DNA from: Nitrososphaeraceae archaeon
Lineage (GTDB): Archaea > Thermoproteota > Nitrososphaeria > Nitrososphaerales > Nitrososphaeraceae
NCBI GenBank assembly: GCA_021325075.1
Contig: JAJPHX010000052.1
Coordinates: forward strand, 1-50,068
Direction: 5' to 3'
Length of the DNA stretch: 50,068 nt
The notes beneath the pieces are model-generated. The model was given only the letters and a program-made list of their open reading frames with translations. It searched no databases and was not told where the DNA came from. Position 1 is the stretch's first letter. Each line of letters starts with the position of its first letter. Of this stretch, positions 18,663 through 28,647 are shown piece after piece. Position numbers and translations under genes: made by a program.

Positions 18663-18743
18663 CTAACAAAAAGCCCTTTCAGCTTCCTATATAGTTACCT
18701 CAAGTTGGATAATTACTCGCATTGGCCGTCTGGTATAAAAGAA

Positions 18744-19472
18744 CTATGTCAGCACTCGCGTAAAGTTGTTGTAGAACTGCCTACACCTCTTTGACAATTC
18801 TTCAATGTCGCCTGTGCTTGGCAGTATACTTGCGGGGTTTATCTGTTCCGCGTTTACTTCTTTACTATATTCCTGAACCCATCTCTCTATCATCCCCCTG
18901 TCGACTTCAAGGTGAAACTGGATACCTACAGCAGAGCCTATGCGGAATGCCTGCGGGTACAGGTCGGTGTAGGCAAGCATCTTTGCGTTGGACGGCAGGT
19001 CATACGTATCGCCGTGCCACTGGAACACCCTGATCGTCTTGTCAGTAACTCCCCTGAAAATGTCGTTACTGCTGGCCGGCGTAATGGTCACGCCGCCAAA
19101 TCCAATCTCTTTCTTTTTGCCCTTGTACACTCGCCCGCCGGCGGCCTGCGCTATCAATTGCGAGCCGAGGCATATGCCTAGAACTGGCGTGTCGTTCTTT
19201 ATCGCGTCTTTTATCAAGTCCTGCTCACGCTGCAGGTAGGGCAGGTCGTCATAGACTGCCATCGGGCCGCCAAGGATCACTATTGCGTCATAGCCTCTAG
19301 AACTAGCAGGTACGGAATCGCTCTGTGCATTGATGTTCTCTATCTCAAAGCCGTCTGATCTGAACATCGGCTCAAGCGCACCCAGAGTTTCAAATTCGAT
19401 GTTTTGCACTGCCAATATCTTGCGCGGCAATAGGCACTGTTGATCAGGTAGTGTATTTATTTCATGAGGCAA
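18744..19472 (-). CDS. Class I glutamine amidotransferase-like protein
   Basis: LGGPM, LGICLGSQL nucleophile elbow, FQWHGD, QFHLE. Confidence 0.88.
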   Translation of the reverse strand: MPHEINTLPDQQCLLPRKILAVQNIEFETLGALEPMFRSDGFEIENINAQSDSVPASSRGYDAIVILGGPMAVYDDLPYLQREQDLIKDAIKNDTPVLGICLGSQLIAQAAGGRVYKGKKKEIGFGGVTITPASSNDIFRGVTDKTIRVFQWHGDTYDLPSNAKMLAYTDLYPQAFRIGSAVGIQFHLEVDRGMIERWVQEYSKEVNAEQINPASILPSTGDIEELSKRCRQFYNNFTRVLT

Positions 19473-19512
19473 AAGTGTTAAATCTCACAAATGCTAGATA
19501 ACAGCTGGGCCG

Positions 19513-19953
19513 ATGGGATACCAATCCAGCATCGACGACCAGACCATAGAGCGGCTGCGAAGTTTTGTCGGCATGCTTAACGAAGAGTCGGAAAAAGGTT
19601 CTGTGATTGTCGTTGAAGGCAGGCGCGACGCAGAGGCACTTTCGCGCATAGGGTTCACCGGCAACCCCGCAGTCTTCCATCACTTCAAGGGGATAGCAGA
19701 CTTTCTCGACTGCCATGACGATGCGGGCAAAAAGATAATCCTGCTCCTTGACATGGACAGGACCGGCAAGCACCTCACAAGCAGGCTTGTCTCCCAGCTC
19801 CAGTCGCGCAGGCACAAAGTCAACCTGGTCTACAAAAAGGCGCTGGCCAAGATAACAAACGGCAAGGTGAGGCATGTTGAGGACTTGGTCATCTATGCCC
19901 CTCACCTGTCTGGGATAACCGGAAGCCGCAAGGATCTCTATTTCTACACGTGA
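19513..19953 (+). CDS. Small Toprim-domain protein
   Basis: IVVEGRRDAEAL and LLDMDRTG. Confidence 0.85.
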   Translation: MGYQSSIDDQTIERLRSFVGMLNEESEKGSVIVVEGRRDAEALSRIGFTGNPAVFHHFKGIADFLDCHDDAGKKIILLLDMDRTGKHLTSRLVSQLQSRRHKVNLVYKKALAKITNGKVRHVEDLVIYAPHLSGITGSRKDLYFYT

Positions 19954-20043
19954 TCCTTTTTCTCTCACAGTTCACAAAGCACTTATATTCAAGCAAAGAA
20001 AATTCTGTTATATAGCAACCAAACTACGAGGTTATGAAAAAAA

Positions 20044-21318
20044 TTGCCTAGCACAGGTATCGTAAAATATCATGTTAAGTTAAAATTTGAAGTTGATGGT
20101 TTGGTCGAGAAGGCCGACATTATCGGTGCTATTTTTGGACAGACCGAAGGGCTTCTCGGGCCAGAAATGAATCTAAACGAACTGCAAAAAGTATCAAAGG
20201 TTGGAAGAATCGAGGTAAACGTGGACACAAAGGGCAGCATGGCAAAGGGAGACGCCCTGATACCGATGAGCACAGATATCTCTACCGCAGCGCTCATTGC
20301 TGCCGCGATAGAGAGCATCGACAAGGTGGGCCCCTTCCAGGCAAAGTTCAACCTGATGGGGATCGATGACATCCGCGCCATAAAGAAGAAGGTCATCGTC
20401 GACCGCGCCAAAAAGATAGTGCAGGACTGGGCCACCCGCACGATAAGCGAAGGCGAAGAGATGCTCAAGGACGTCTATGACGCAAGCAAGCCCGGCAAGC
20501 TGACCAGCTTTGGCAAGGCGCAGCTCGCCTGCGGGACCGGCGTCTTCGACTCTGACTGGATAATACTTGTTGAAGGGCGTGCAGACGTAATCAACCTGCT
20601 CCGCGCGGGCTTTGACAATGCAATTGCGATAGAGGGCGCAAGGATTGACGAAACGGTGACAAAGCTCACAGACGGCAAGCGCGTTGTGGCTTTTCTTGAC
20701 GGCGACAGAGCCGGCGACCTAATACTCAAAGAATTGCACGGTGTGGTGAAAATAGACAAGGTTCTGAGGGCTCCGACCGGGAAAGAAGTTGAGGAGTGCA
20801 CTCCGCTAGAGATATCTGAAATTCTAAAGGAAGCGCTCCCGATAGCAGAAGGCGCGCCCATTGCGCAACAGCAACAGCAGCATGCGCCGCACCAGCAGCA
20901 CGATCGCAGGCACCAGAGGAGGGAAAGGGAGCCACGGGAAGAATACCGAGCTCCGCCGCCAGAGCCGCAATCTCCACAGCCTTCGCAGCCATCCAAGGAA
21001 GTGCTGGCAGAAGACAGCCCCGAGATACTTACAGCGATAAAGGACGTCTACCCGCAGATAAACGAGACGCTTGAGGCAGTAGTGCTTGACGGCGCTATGA
21101 ACCAGCTTCTGAAGGTCCCTGTATCTGAAGTCATCAAGAGGCTTGATAGCGCAGAGGGCGGAAAACTGCTCGTGCTTGACGGCATCGTCACCCAGAGACT
21201 GGTTGACGCGGCTGACAAGGCAGGCATCGAATACGTGATCGGGCACAGGACGACAGACCTGAAAAAGCCGGCAGATGTCCGCGTAAGGACATTTGGCGAC
21301 ATCGGGATAAACAACTAG
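20044..21318 (+). CDS. dnaG: Archaeal DnaG (exosome-associated, primase-like)
   Basis: IIGAIFGQTEGLLG, LVEGRADVINLLR, FLDGDRAGDLI, DGIVTQRLVD. Confidence 0.95.
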   Translation: MPSTGIVKYHVKLKFEVDGLVEKADIIGAIFGQTEGLLGPEMNLNELQKVSKVGRIEVNVDTKGSMAKGDALIPMSTDISTAALIAAAIESIDKVGPFQAKFNLMGIDDIRAIKKKVIVDRAKKIVQDWATRTISEGEEMLKDVYDASKPGKLTSFGKAQLACGTGVFDSDWIILVEGRADVINLLRAGFDNAIAIEGARIDETVTKLTDGKRVVAFLDGDRAGDLILKELHGVVKIDKVLRAPTGKEVEECTPLEISEILKEALPIAEGAPIAQQQQQHAPHQQHDRRHQRREREPREEYRAPPPEPQSPQPSQPSKEVLAEDSPEILTAIKDVYPQINETLEAVVLDGAMNQLLKVPVSEVIKRLDSAEGGKLLVLDGIVTQRLVDAADKAGIEYVIGHRTTDLKKPADVRVRTFGDIGINN

Positions 21319-21325
21319 ACGGATA

Positions 21326-22027
21326 ATGCCGCCCGCTGACAACATCAAGCTCCAGCACATCCTGACCATAGTGGAGCTGCTCTCAAAGGGGGCGCGCCAT
21401 AACTTTGTCGAAGTCACCACGACAGAGCTTGGCAAAGGGATCAGCAGGTCGCAGCAGGCCGCTTCAAAACACTTGCTCGACCTTGAAAATTCCGGTTACA
21501 TCGAACGCGTAAAGAGGGGGCAGAAATTTGCAGTCAGAGTAACTGACAAAGGCTATTCAGAGATCCAGAACCTCTTTTCGTCGCTCCGGACCGCTCTGGA
21601 ATCTGCCCCAGCTGCGATTGATTTTGAGGGAAGCGTAGTATCGGGCATGGGCGAGGGCGCCTACTACATGTCGCTTGACGGCTATCGCAAACAATTCAAG
21701 GACAAGCTGGGCTACGAGCCGTACCCCGGCACGCTCAACATCCGGCTCACCGACCAAATATTCATGAACGCCCGGCGCGAGCTTGGCAAGCACCCGTCGA
21801 TATTCATTGACGGCTTTAGCGACGGCACACGCACCTACGGCTGGGTAAAGTGCTATCGCGCGATCATTAACGGGGGTGCAGTCGATAATGCAGCAGTACT
21901 TGTTCTTGAGCGCACGCACTACGACGACAGCATGCTGGAAGTGATCGCCCCGGTGCCAATCAAGCAGGCAGCGGGCATCAAAAACGGCGACAGGGTAAAG
22001 GTACAGGTCCAGCTTCAGATGCCATAG
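21326..22027 (+). CDS. ribK: CTP-dependent riboflavin kinase with N-terminal wHTH (RbkR-type)
   Basis: SQQAASKHLLDLE HTH; VSGMGEGAYY, PYPGTLN, LEVIAP. Confidence 0.92.
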   Translation: MPPADNIKLQHILTIVELLSKGARHNFVEVTTTELGKGISRSQQAASKHLLDLENSGYIERVKRGQKFAVRVTDKGYSEIQNLFSSLRTALESAPAAIDFEGSVVSGMGEGAYYMSLDGYRKQFKDKLGYEPYPGTLNIRLTDQIFMNARRELGKHPSIFIDGFSDGTRTYGWVKCYRAIINGGAVDNAAVLVLERTHYDDSMLEVIAPVPIKQAAGIKNGDRVKVQVQLQMP

Positions 22028-22641
22028 ATCGAGTCGCCTAACTCCTCTTTTATCTTGGAACTCTTTGAGCCAGGTATCGGAGTAGACAGCCTTATAACGT
22101 GCACGTTTAGGTTGCGCTTTTTGCAGTTTTCAGCAACGTCCTTTTCGCTGTGCGCCTGATCGTAGCCGAGGGCTATGACGTTTGGCTTGACGTATTCCAC
22201 GGTATCGTAGAGTGTACCCTCGCGCCCGATAAGGACAAGGTCGACGAAGCTGAGTGAGGACACAAGCTCTTTGCGCAGGCTTTCGTCGTGGTAGATCTTT
22301 CTGTCCTTCTTTATCTTTTGGGCGGTGGTCGTCCTTGCTACAACTACTACCAGTACGTCTCCCTGCTCTTTCGCGGCCTTGAGTGTGTGGATGTGGCCGG
22401 GGTGTATAAGGTCAAACACCCCTCCTACAAGCACCACCTTGAGCGCGTCGCGCCCGATAAATGTCAGTTTTGATGGGTCGCCCTTTTCGATAAGGCCCAT
22501 CTTGGCAAGCTGGGATATCCTTGTATTGTAAAATTCCGGGCTTATTGGAAGCCGGGACTTTATCCTGTCATAGGCAGAAACCGAAGGATCGAGCGTGCTT
22601 GCGTACAGCGAAGCAAGGATGGCCTTGTCAACTGGATCCAT
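22015..22641 (-). CDS. ribL: FAD synthetase (RibL-like nucleotidyltransferase) with N-terminal extension
   Basis: GGVFDLIHPGH (HxGH), IALGYDQ, KSSKIK; adjacent to riboflavin kinase. Confidence 0.75.
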   Translation of the reverse strand: MDPVDKAILASLYASTLDPSVSAYDRIKSRLPISPEFYNTRISQLAKMGLIEKGDPSKLTFIGRDALKVVLVGGVFDLIHPGHIHTLKAAKEQGDVLVVVVARTTTAQKIKKDRKIYHDESLRKELVSSLSFVDLVLIGREGTLYDTVEYVKPNVIALGYDQAHSEKDVAENCKKRNLNVHVIRLSTPIPGSKSSKIKEELGDSIYGI

Positions 22642-22815
22642 TTAGCAATCTCCCCTATGCCTCAATAACGAAATCATGGGTGATCTGATAATGCTATAAA
22701 CTATTGCCCTGTGCAGCGTTTGTAGAATTATGAACAATCTAGCGATGTTGACGCGCGTCAATGTTGCCGATCAGTAGCTTTGACTTAAATTCTAGATCTC
22801 TTCAATTTAGTTGGA

Positions 22816-24003
22816 ATGTCGTCTCCAAGCGACATAAAAAAGAGGCTGGAGCAGAACTGGATACAGTTCCTCAAGGCAAACTCTACAAAGCTAGCGCTTG
22901 ACAGCATCGACGGCTCCAGCCCGCCGGCGGTTTTTGTTGGCAGGTACGGCTATCCAAAAGTGAGGATAGGGCCGATGATACCGCCTTCGCATGGCGACAC
23001 TGCAATACTAGACAGGCCGGAGCTCTGGGCAGGCAGGAGCCTTGAAGAAATCGCGAACTACCGGCTCTCGCTTGTGCGGGGCACGTTTGCCATGAAAGTA
23101 AATGACACTTCAGGCAGATACATCGAGAACCTGCAAGAGCTGGCGATGTCGGAACGACCTGCAGAAAGTGAAGCCACGTTTGAAAAAAAACCGCTTGCAG
23201 ATATCGAGCTTGATAGGGAGATTACGCTCAACACGGAAGCCGCGCCATTTGGGCCGGCGGCTCCGCTCAAGACCTTCAAGGCGTCGTCACTAACTGCAGA
23301 CCAGAGGATCGAGTCAGCTTACTATGACGGAGACCTCCGCGCCTCTGACGCGATGGTGGAGCTATACCAAAAAGGCGTGGACGTGAGTAGCATACACAAG
23401 GTGCTCAGCGTTGGAATGCTGGGGCAGAAAAAGAGTCGCAAGCTCGTGCCTACCCGGTGGAGCATCTCTGCGACAGACGACACTATTTCGAACAGGCTTG
23501 TAGAAGAAAATAAAACAAACCCGGCAATCGACATCTTTGAAGTGGCGCAGTATTCGCACCTTGCCAACTATTACTCTGTCATCCTGGTGCCTGACGACGT
23601 ATGGAATTTTGAGATGATCGAGTCGTGGTTCACCAACAGTGGCCAGATAGCCACCGGCTCTGATTACGAGGATGCGCGCGGGCTTGACCACTACCCGACC
23701 ATTGCCGGCGCGTATTTTGCTGCCCGTCTGGCGGTGGCCGAGCACCTTGCAAACAGGCGGCGAAAAGCCGCCGCGCTGGTGCTGCGTGAGATTCATCCCG
23801 AATACGTCATGCCACTTGGGGTGTGGCAAATAAGGGAAGGCGTCAGAGAAGCATTGAAAAAGCCTGTGCAAAAATTTGAGACGCTTGACAGCGCGATGTC
23901 ATTTGCCTGCGCCAACCTATCGGTATCAAGGCACGAGATTGTACGCAAGAGCAAACTTTGGCAAGGCTTCAAGAGCCAAACACGGATCACCGACTTTGCA
24001 TAA
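22816..24003 (+). CDS. nreA: Nre family DNA repair protein
   Basis: SSPPAVFVGRYGYPKV, LVPTRWSISATDD, PLGVWQIREGVR, C-terminal PIP QTRITDF. Confidence 0.92.
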   Translation: MSSPSDIKKRLEQNWIQFLKANSTKLALDSIDGSSPPAVFVGRYGYPKVRIGPMIPPSHGDTAILDRPELWAGRSLEEIANYRLSLVRGTFAMKVNDTSGRYIENLQELAMSERPAESEATFEKKPLADIELDREITLNTEAAPFGPAAPLKTFKASSLTADQRIESAYYDGDLRASDAMVELYQKGVDVSSIHKVLSVGMLGQKKSRKLVPTRWSISATDDTISNRLVEENKTNPAIDIFEVAQYSHLANYYSVILVPDDVWNFEMIESWFTNSGQIATGSDYEDARGLDHYPTIAGAYFAARLAVAEHLANRRRKAAALVLREIHPEYVMPLGVWQIREGVREALKKPVQKFETLDSAMSFACANLSVSRHEIVRKSKLWQGFKSQTRITDFA

Positions 24004-24044
24004 TTCCCAAAAGGTGATATATCTGCGCTGTATTGTGTTGCTAG

Positions 24045-24338
24045 ATGAGTGACGCTCTCCCAGAAGGCATCAAACATCTGGTTCAGATAAAGCAGGTAGA
24101 AAAGTCGATCAAGCTCACAGACAAGGCCAAAGCCGAGCTGCAGAGTGTCGGCATGATGGACGAAAAGGGTAAGCTAAAGCTGAAAGGAGTGAGCCCTAAA
24201 ATGCTCAAGCGCATGAAACTGGAGGCTGTTGACTGCCCCGTGCTGAATGCAGAAACTGCGTTTGTACAATGCTATGTCTGCCCAAATTATCACAGCAGGA
24301 TCATGGGCAAGGTCTACTGCAAGGGCGACCCGCTATAA
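24045..24338 (+). CDS. Hypothetical protein with four C-terminal Cys
   Basis: CPVL...CYVCPNY...YC. Confidence 0.7.
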   Translation: MSDALPEGIKHLVQIKQVEKSIKLTDKAKAELQSVGMMDEKGKLKLKGVSPKMLKRMKLEAVDCPVLNAETAFVQCYVCPNYHSRIMGKVYCKGDPL

Positions 24339-24389
24339 GCTGGCGTGACAAAATTCTAGCATGTACGCTTCAGAAGATTCTTCTTAAAC

Positions 24390-24998
24390 ATGAAGTCATG
24401 GGCATTATATAGAACGAATTCACGTCTCATGCTACTTTTGGCTGCCCGCGGTGGGGGAAGGACTGTTGCAGAAATTCTCCAGATGCTTAATTCCATAGAG
24501 GAGCGCTACGTTATAGTCTACGGCGATCTCGGCACGTTCCGTAAAATCTATTCGCATTTTGCAAAGAAAAGGATCGAAAATAACGAGTTGGTTGTCCTGC
24601 TTCCATACTATGAAACGATTGACAGGGTCCGGCTAGTACTGGATCAGAGCAGGATTGATGTCCGCATGCAGGAAACTCGCGGCCATCTTGCAATAATGGA
24701 TTCGTACGCGACGTATCTTGGCTTCCAGCAGGACAACACGCTGCTGTTTAGCAGGCTGGTGATGCATGCCCTTGTCTCCAAAAAGAGCGGGATTTCCATA
24801 ATGGCAGACATGGGCGCATTTTACCTGATCGATCAGATAGCTGAAATTGCAAGGCGCAACCAGCCATTGTCAGACAGCATGAAGGTGACTGGATTCAGCA
24901 CCTATCACAAGAAGGATTTTGAGAAGCTGTCAGACGGGCAAAAAAGGGCGATCTTTGGAAAAGACCACACGGTGCTGATGGTACAACAAGCTTCATAA
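24390..24998 (+). CDS. MEDS-like sensory-domain protein (start uncertain)
   Basis: IYSHFAKKRIENNELVVLLPYYET...GISIMADMGAF pattern typical of Nitrososphaera MEDS proteins. Confidence 0.6.
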   Translation: MKSWALYRTNSRLMLLLAARGGGRTVAEILQMLNSIEERYVIVYGDLGTFRKIYSHFAKKRIENNELVVLLPYYETIDRVRLVLDQSRIDVRMQETRGHLAIMDSYATYLGFQQDNTLLFSRLVMHALVSKKSGISIMADMGAFYLIDQIAEIARRNQPLSDSMKVTGFSTYHKKDFEKLSDGQKRAIFGKDHTVLMVQQAS

Positions 24999-25010
24999 AT
25001 CCTACTCGTT

Positions 25011-26483
25011 TTGCCATTGTCAAGCGTGAGTTCACAACCAAGGGAAGCAGCTGGAATAACTGTCAAAAAGAGTGAGGACTTTAGCGAATGGTACACGCAG
25101 GCAGTCCTCAAGGCAGGCCTTGCAGACTATGCGCCAGTCAAGGGCTTTATCGTCCTGCGTCCCTACGGCTACGCGATATGGGAGTCGATACGCGACATCC
25201 TTGACAGACAATTCAAGGAGACAGGTCATCAGAACGGCTTTCTGCCCGTGCTGATACCGGAAAGCCTTCTCTCAAAGGAGGAAGATCATTTCGCCGGCTT
25301 TACCCCAGAAGTGTTCTGGGTGACAAAGGCAGGCACCAATGATATTGGCGAAAAGCTTGCACTTAGGCCGACCTCGGAAACACTTGCATACTCGATGTTT
25401 GCAAAATGGATAACTAGCTATCGCGACCTGCCGCTCAAGATCAACTTTTGGAATACTGCTTTACGCGCAGAGATAAAGGCTACCAAGCCTTTCATAAGGA
25501 CTTCTGAATTCCTCTGGCAGGAAGGCCACACCGTGCACGCCACCGAGCAGGAGGCAGAGCAGGAAGTCATGACCATACTTGGTATCTACAAAGACCTGAT
25601 TGAAAACCAGATCGCGGTGCCAGCGGTGACAGGCTTCAAGAGCGACAGGGAGAAATTTGTCGGCGCGAAATACACCACGACTCTTGAAGGCATGATGCCA
25701 GTGGAAGGCAAGGCGCTCCAGATGGGGACATCACATCATTTAGGACAGAATTTTTCAAAGCCGTTTGAAATAAAGTACCTTGGCAAGGACACGAAAGAGC
25801 ACTTTGCCTGGCAGACATCATGGGGAGTTTCGTGGCGTCTGATAGGCGCGCTGATCATGGTTCATGGCGACGACAAGGGGCTGGTCCTGCCGCCAAAAGT
25901 CGCGCCAATCCAGGTGGTGATAGTTCCGATATTCAAGGACAAGGACGCACAAGAGGTCAAGGACCACGCAAGCGGAATCGAAGCCGAGCTGAAGCGGGCC
26001 GGCATCCGCGCCTACATGGACGGCCGTGACGAATACACGTCAGGCTGGAAGTTCAACGAGTGGGAGATGAAGGGTGTGCCGCTCCGCATAAACATCGGGC
26101 CGCGGGACATCGCGGAAGGGCAGCTAGAGTTTGTCCGGCGCGACACCAAGGAAAAATCAAAAAGTGGCAGGAACAAATTGGTTGAAACCGCGAATATTCT
26201 CCTTGAGCAAATCCAGAGCAGCCTGCTTGCAAAGGCAACGCAGCTGTTGCAGGAGAATATTTCAAAGCCAGCAGATTATTCAGAGTTCAAGTCTACAATT
26301 GAGGGCAAGGGCGGGTTTGCGCTTGCCGGGTGGTGCGGGCGCCAAGAGTGCGAGGTCAAGATAAAAGAAGAGACAGGGGCGGATATCAGGGTGATACCTT
26401 TTGAGCAAAAAGAGATGCCTGACAAATGCATCTACTGCGGACAGCAATCAAAGAAGGCAGCGATGTTTGCCAGGGCTTATTGA
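25011..26483 (+). CDS. proS: Prolyl-tRNA synthetase (archaeal/eukaryotic type)
   Basis: FSEWY, LRPTSET, EFLWQEGHT, QTSWGVSWR, C-terminal Zn site and FARAY. Confidence 0.97.
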   Translation: MPLSSVSSQPREAAGITVKKSEDFSEWYTQAVLKAGLADYAPVKGFIVLRPYGYAIWESIRDILDRQFKETGHQNGFLPVLIPESLLSKEEDHFAGFTPEVFWVTKAGTNDIGEKLALRPTSETLAYSMFAKWITSYRDLPLKINFWNTALRAEIKATKPFIRTSEFLWQEGHTVHATEQEAEQEVMTILGIYKDLIENQIAVPAVTGFKSDREKFVGAKYTTTLEGMMPVEGKALQMGTSHHLGQNFSKPFEIKYLGKDTKEHFAWQTSWGVSWRLIGALIMVHGDDKGLVLPPKVAPIQVVIVPIFKDKDAQEVKDHASGIEAELKRAGIRAYMDGRDEYTSGWKFNEWEMKGVPLRINIGPRDIAEGQLEFVRRDTKEKSKSGRNKLVETANILLEQIQSSLLAKATQLLQENISKPADYSEFKSTIEGKGGFALAGWCGRQECEVKIKEETGADIRVIPFEQKEMPDKCIYCGQQSKKAAMFARAY

Positions 26484-26491
26484 GCTAGTAA

Positions 26492-27130
26492 TTGGTAGAC
26501 ATCGGTGACCTGTTTCCATTTGACCCGGAGCTCGGGTACCTGGGCATCCTGATAATCAGCTTTGTCGGGAGCATCATCGTGTTTGTCCCGATCCCGTACT
26601 TTCCTATTCTTGTGACTGCGTCGTTCAACCCAAAATTCGACCCGCACATGATAGCACTTGTAAGCGCGGTGGGGACGGTGGCAGCAAAGACGATAATCTT
26701 CCTTGTAAGCTACTACGGCCGCAAGATCCTGAGCGACAAGACGAAAAAAAGGATGCTGCCGCTGCAAAAGCTGGTGAGCAGGTACGGGTGGCCTGGCGCG
26801 TTTGCCGCCGCGCTCACGCCGATACCTGACGACCTTGTCTACATCCCGCTTGGGCTTGCAAAATACAACCCCTGGAAGTTTGCCGCTGCAACATTCGCCG
26901 GCAAGTTCCTGATGAACGAAGTGATAGTGTGGGGCTCAGTGTACCTTGGGAGGCCGTTTGTCGAGAGGCTGCTGAGCGAGTCGACAAGCAGCATGTCGCT
27001 CATAATAGCAGCAGTAGCGAGCATCGCGGTCCTAGTCGTCTTGGTTTACCTTTCGCTCAAAATAGACTGGGCCAAGGTGATCGGAAGGTGGTTCCCGTGG
27101 GCAGTGGAAAATGGCGATGACAAGTCCTAG
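26492..27130 (+). CDS. VTT/DedA (SNARE-associated) family membrane protein
   Basis: FVPIPY, YYGRK, LTPIPDDLVYIPLG, FAGK. Confidence 0.85.
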   Translation: MVDIGDLFPFDPELGYLGILIISFVGSIIVFVPIPYFPILVTASFNPKFDPHMIALVSAVGTVAAKTIIFLVSYYGRKILSDKTKKRMLPLQKLVSRYGWPGAFAAALTPIPDDLVYIPLGLAKYNPWKFAAATFAGKFLMNEVIVWGSVYLGRPFVERLLSESTSSMSLIIAAVASIAVLVVLVYLSLKIDWAKVIGRWFPWAVENGDDKS

Positions 27131-27453
27131 GCGAGTTTCCTGTCGGAATCGATCCCGCGCTTTAGCTCTAGGTCGACATAGTCGTCGTTCATGCCGGTGA
27201 CGCAGTCGGTAGTCACCATCTTGACTGGCTGGAAGTTTATCCTGCCCTGCGGTATCCTGTTTGCCTTTTGCATCGCTACTAATCGCTCTTCAAGCGCGCT
27301 ACGGTGGTCATCGCATACCACAGCCAGCATGTACTCACCTTCGTGCGATGACACTGAAACGACAAAGGAAGGCGCCAGCTGGCACTCTCTTCCTTCTACT
27401 TTGATTGAGCAATGCTCTGGCAAAAGCACGATCTGCCCTAGGAGGCAATGCAA
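27127..27453 (-). CDS. Hypothetical protein with Cys/His ligands
   Basis: CSIK...EC...VCDDH; 108 aa. Confidence 0.65.
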   Translation of the reverse strand: MHCLLGQIVLLPEHCSIKVEGRECQLAPSFVVSVSSHEGEYMLAVVCDDHRSALEERLVAMQKANRIPQGRINFQPVKMVTTDCVTGMNDDYVDLELKRGIDSDRKLA

Positions 27454-27515
27454 TATAAAACTAACAAAACTGCTGACTTTGATTTATAAAACGGTAACGG
27501 ATCAATTGCTGCGTA

Positions 27516-27689
27516 ATGGGTAGCAGAAGAAGAAAAACGCTGGCAAGGCCGGCAAGGAGCACCCGCAGGGTGGATGGTCGTTGTCCCAAGTGTACCACCA
27601 TCGTCAAGTTCAATGTATCCGGCCCAGTAGGCGACGAGATCTATGAATGCACCGGCTGTATGTCAAAATTCCACATAGACGAGCTATAA
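27516..27689 (+). CDS. Small basic C4 zinc-ribbon protein (57 aa), not in ORF track
   Basis: MGSRRRKTLARPARSTRRVDGRCPKCTTIVKFNVSGPVGDEIYECTGCMSKFHIDEL; TTTATAAA at 27483-27490, 25 nt upstream. Confidence 0.8.
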   Translation: MGSRRRKTLARPARSTRRVDGRCPKCTTIVKFNVSGPVGDEIYECTGCMSKFHIDEL

Positions 27690-27731
27690 TCGCCGACAAT
27701 CATCCTGCTGGATGATCATCTTTATCGAAGA

Positions 27732-28622
27732 TCATTTTGTAGTGCGCTTGAATGATATTTCGCGCTCGTTCTCTAGCTGTATCGTGGTATGAGTTATGTT
27801 AAAGCGCTCTGCCAGCATCCCGTTTATGTCCTGCAAAATCCTGCTTGACTGGCTCAGCATCTGGTCGCGCACAACCACGTGGCCGCTCAGTGCGTTCATG
27901 CCTGTCGATATCGTCCAGACGTGCAGGTCGTGGACGTCGACTATCCCATCCAGCTGCTTTAGCGCGCCCGTGATCTCAGGGATGTCAAGCTCCCTCGGGG
28001 CCCCTTCAAGCAGGATGTGGGTGCTGCTTCTCACTATAGTGTAGGCGCTCCTTGCTATCAGGCCCGCTATCAAAAACGCCACTAGAGGGTCCACTATGGT
28101 TATGCTGGTGTAATAGGCAATAAGCCCCGTGATTATGACAGCCACGGACGACACTGTGTCATAGATTACATGCACAAAGGCGCTCTGGATGTTAATGCTT
28201 CCATGTGCGTGGCTCTTGAGCAGGAACATCACTGCCAGGTTGCCAGCCAGGCCGGCGCCGGCCACGGCCAGCATCAAGGGCGCGTCAATCGTCCGGGGCG
28301 ACATGACTCTCAGAAATGCTTCGTACAGTACCCATGCCGAGATTGCGACAAGGGTCACACCATTTGCAAGAGCTGCAAGCACCTCTGCCCTATGGTAGCC
28401 AAAAGTCATGACGCCCGAATGGCTCCTCCCTGCCAATATTATTGCAAAGAGGCTCAGTCCTATCGCCATAACGTCCGTAAAGACGTGGACGGCGTCGCTT
28501 ACAAGCGAGATGCTGCCGCTTAATATGCCACCAACAACTTCGATGGCTGCTATTGCGGCAGTGATTGCAAGGGACAGGGTCAGCAGCCTTTTTGGCTGCT
28601 TAAGGCCGCGGCTGGTTGCCAA
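27732..28622 (-). CDS. Cation diffusion facilitator (CzcD/ZitB-like Zn transporter)
   Basis: SDAVHVFTD, TFGYHRAEVL, HVIYD, VHDLHVWTI, HTTIQLE. Confidence 0.93.
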   Translation of the reverse strand: MATSRGLKQPKRLLTLSLAITAAIAAIEVVGGILSGSISLVSDAVHVFTDVMAIGLSLFAIILAGRSHSGVMTFGYHRAEVLAALANGVTLVAISAWVLYEAFLRVMSPRTIDAPLMLAVAGAGLAGNLAVMFLLKSHAHGSINIQSAFVHVIYDTVSSVAVIITGLIAYYTSITIVDPLVAFLIAGLIARSAYTIVRSSTHILLEGAPRELDIPEITGALKQLDGIVDVHDLHVWTISTGMNALSGHVVVRDQMLSQSSRILQDINGMLAERFNITHTTIQLENEREISFKRTTK

Positions 28623-28647
28623 CGTGGATGATAGCCGCCTACCGTAT

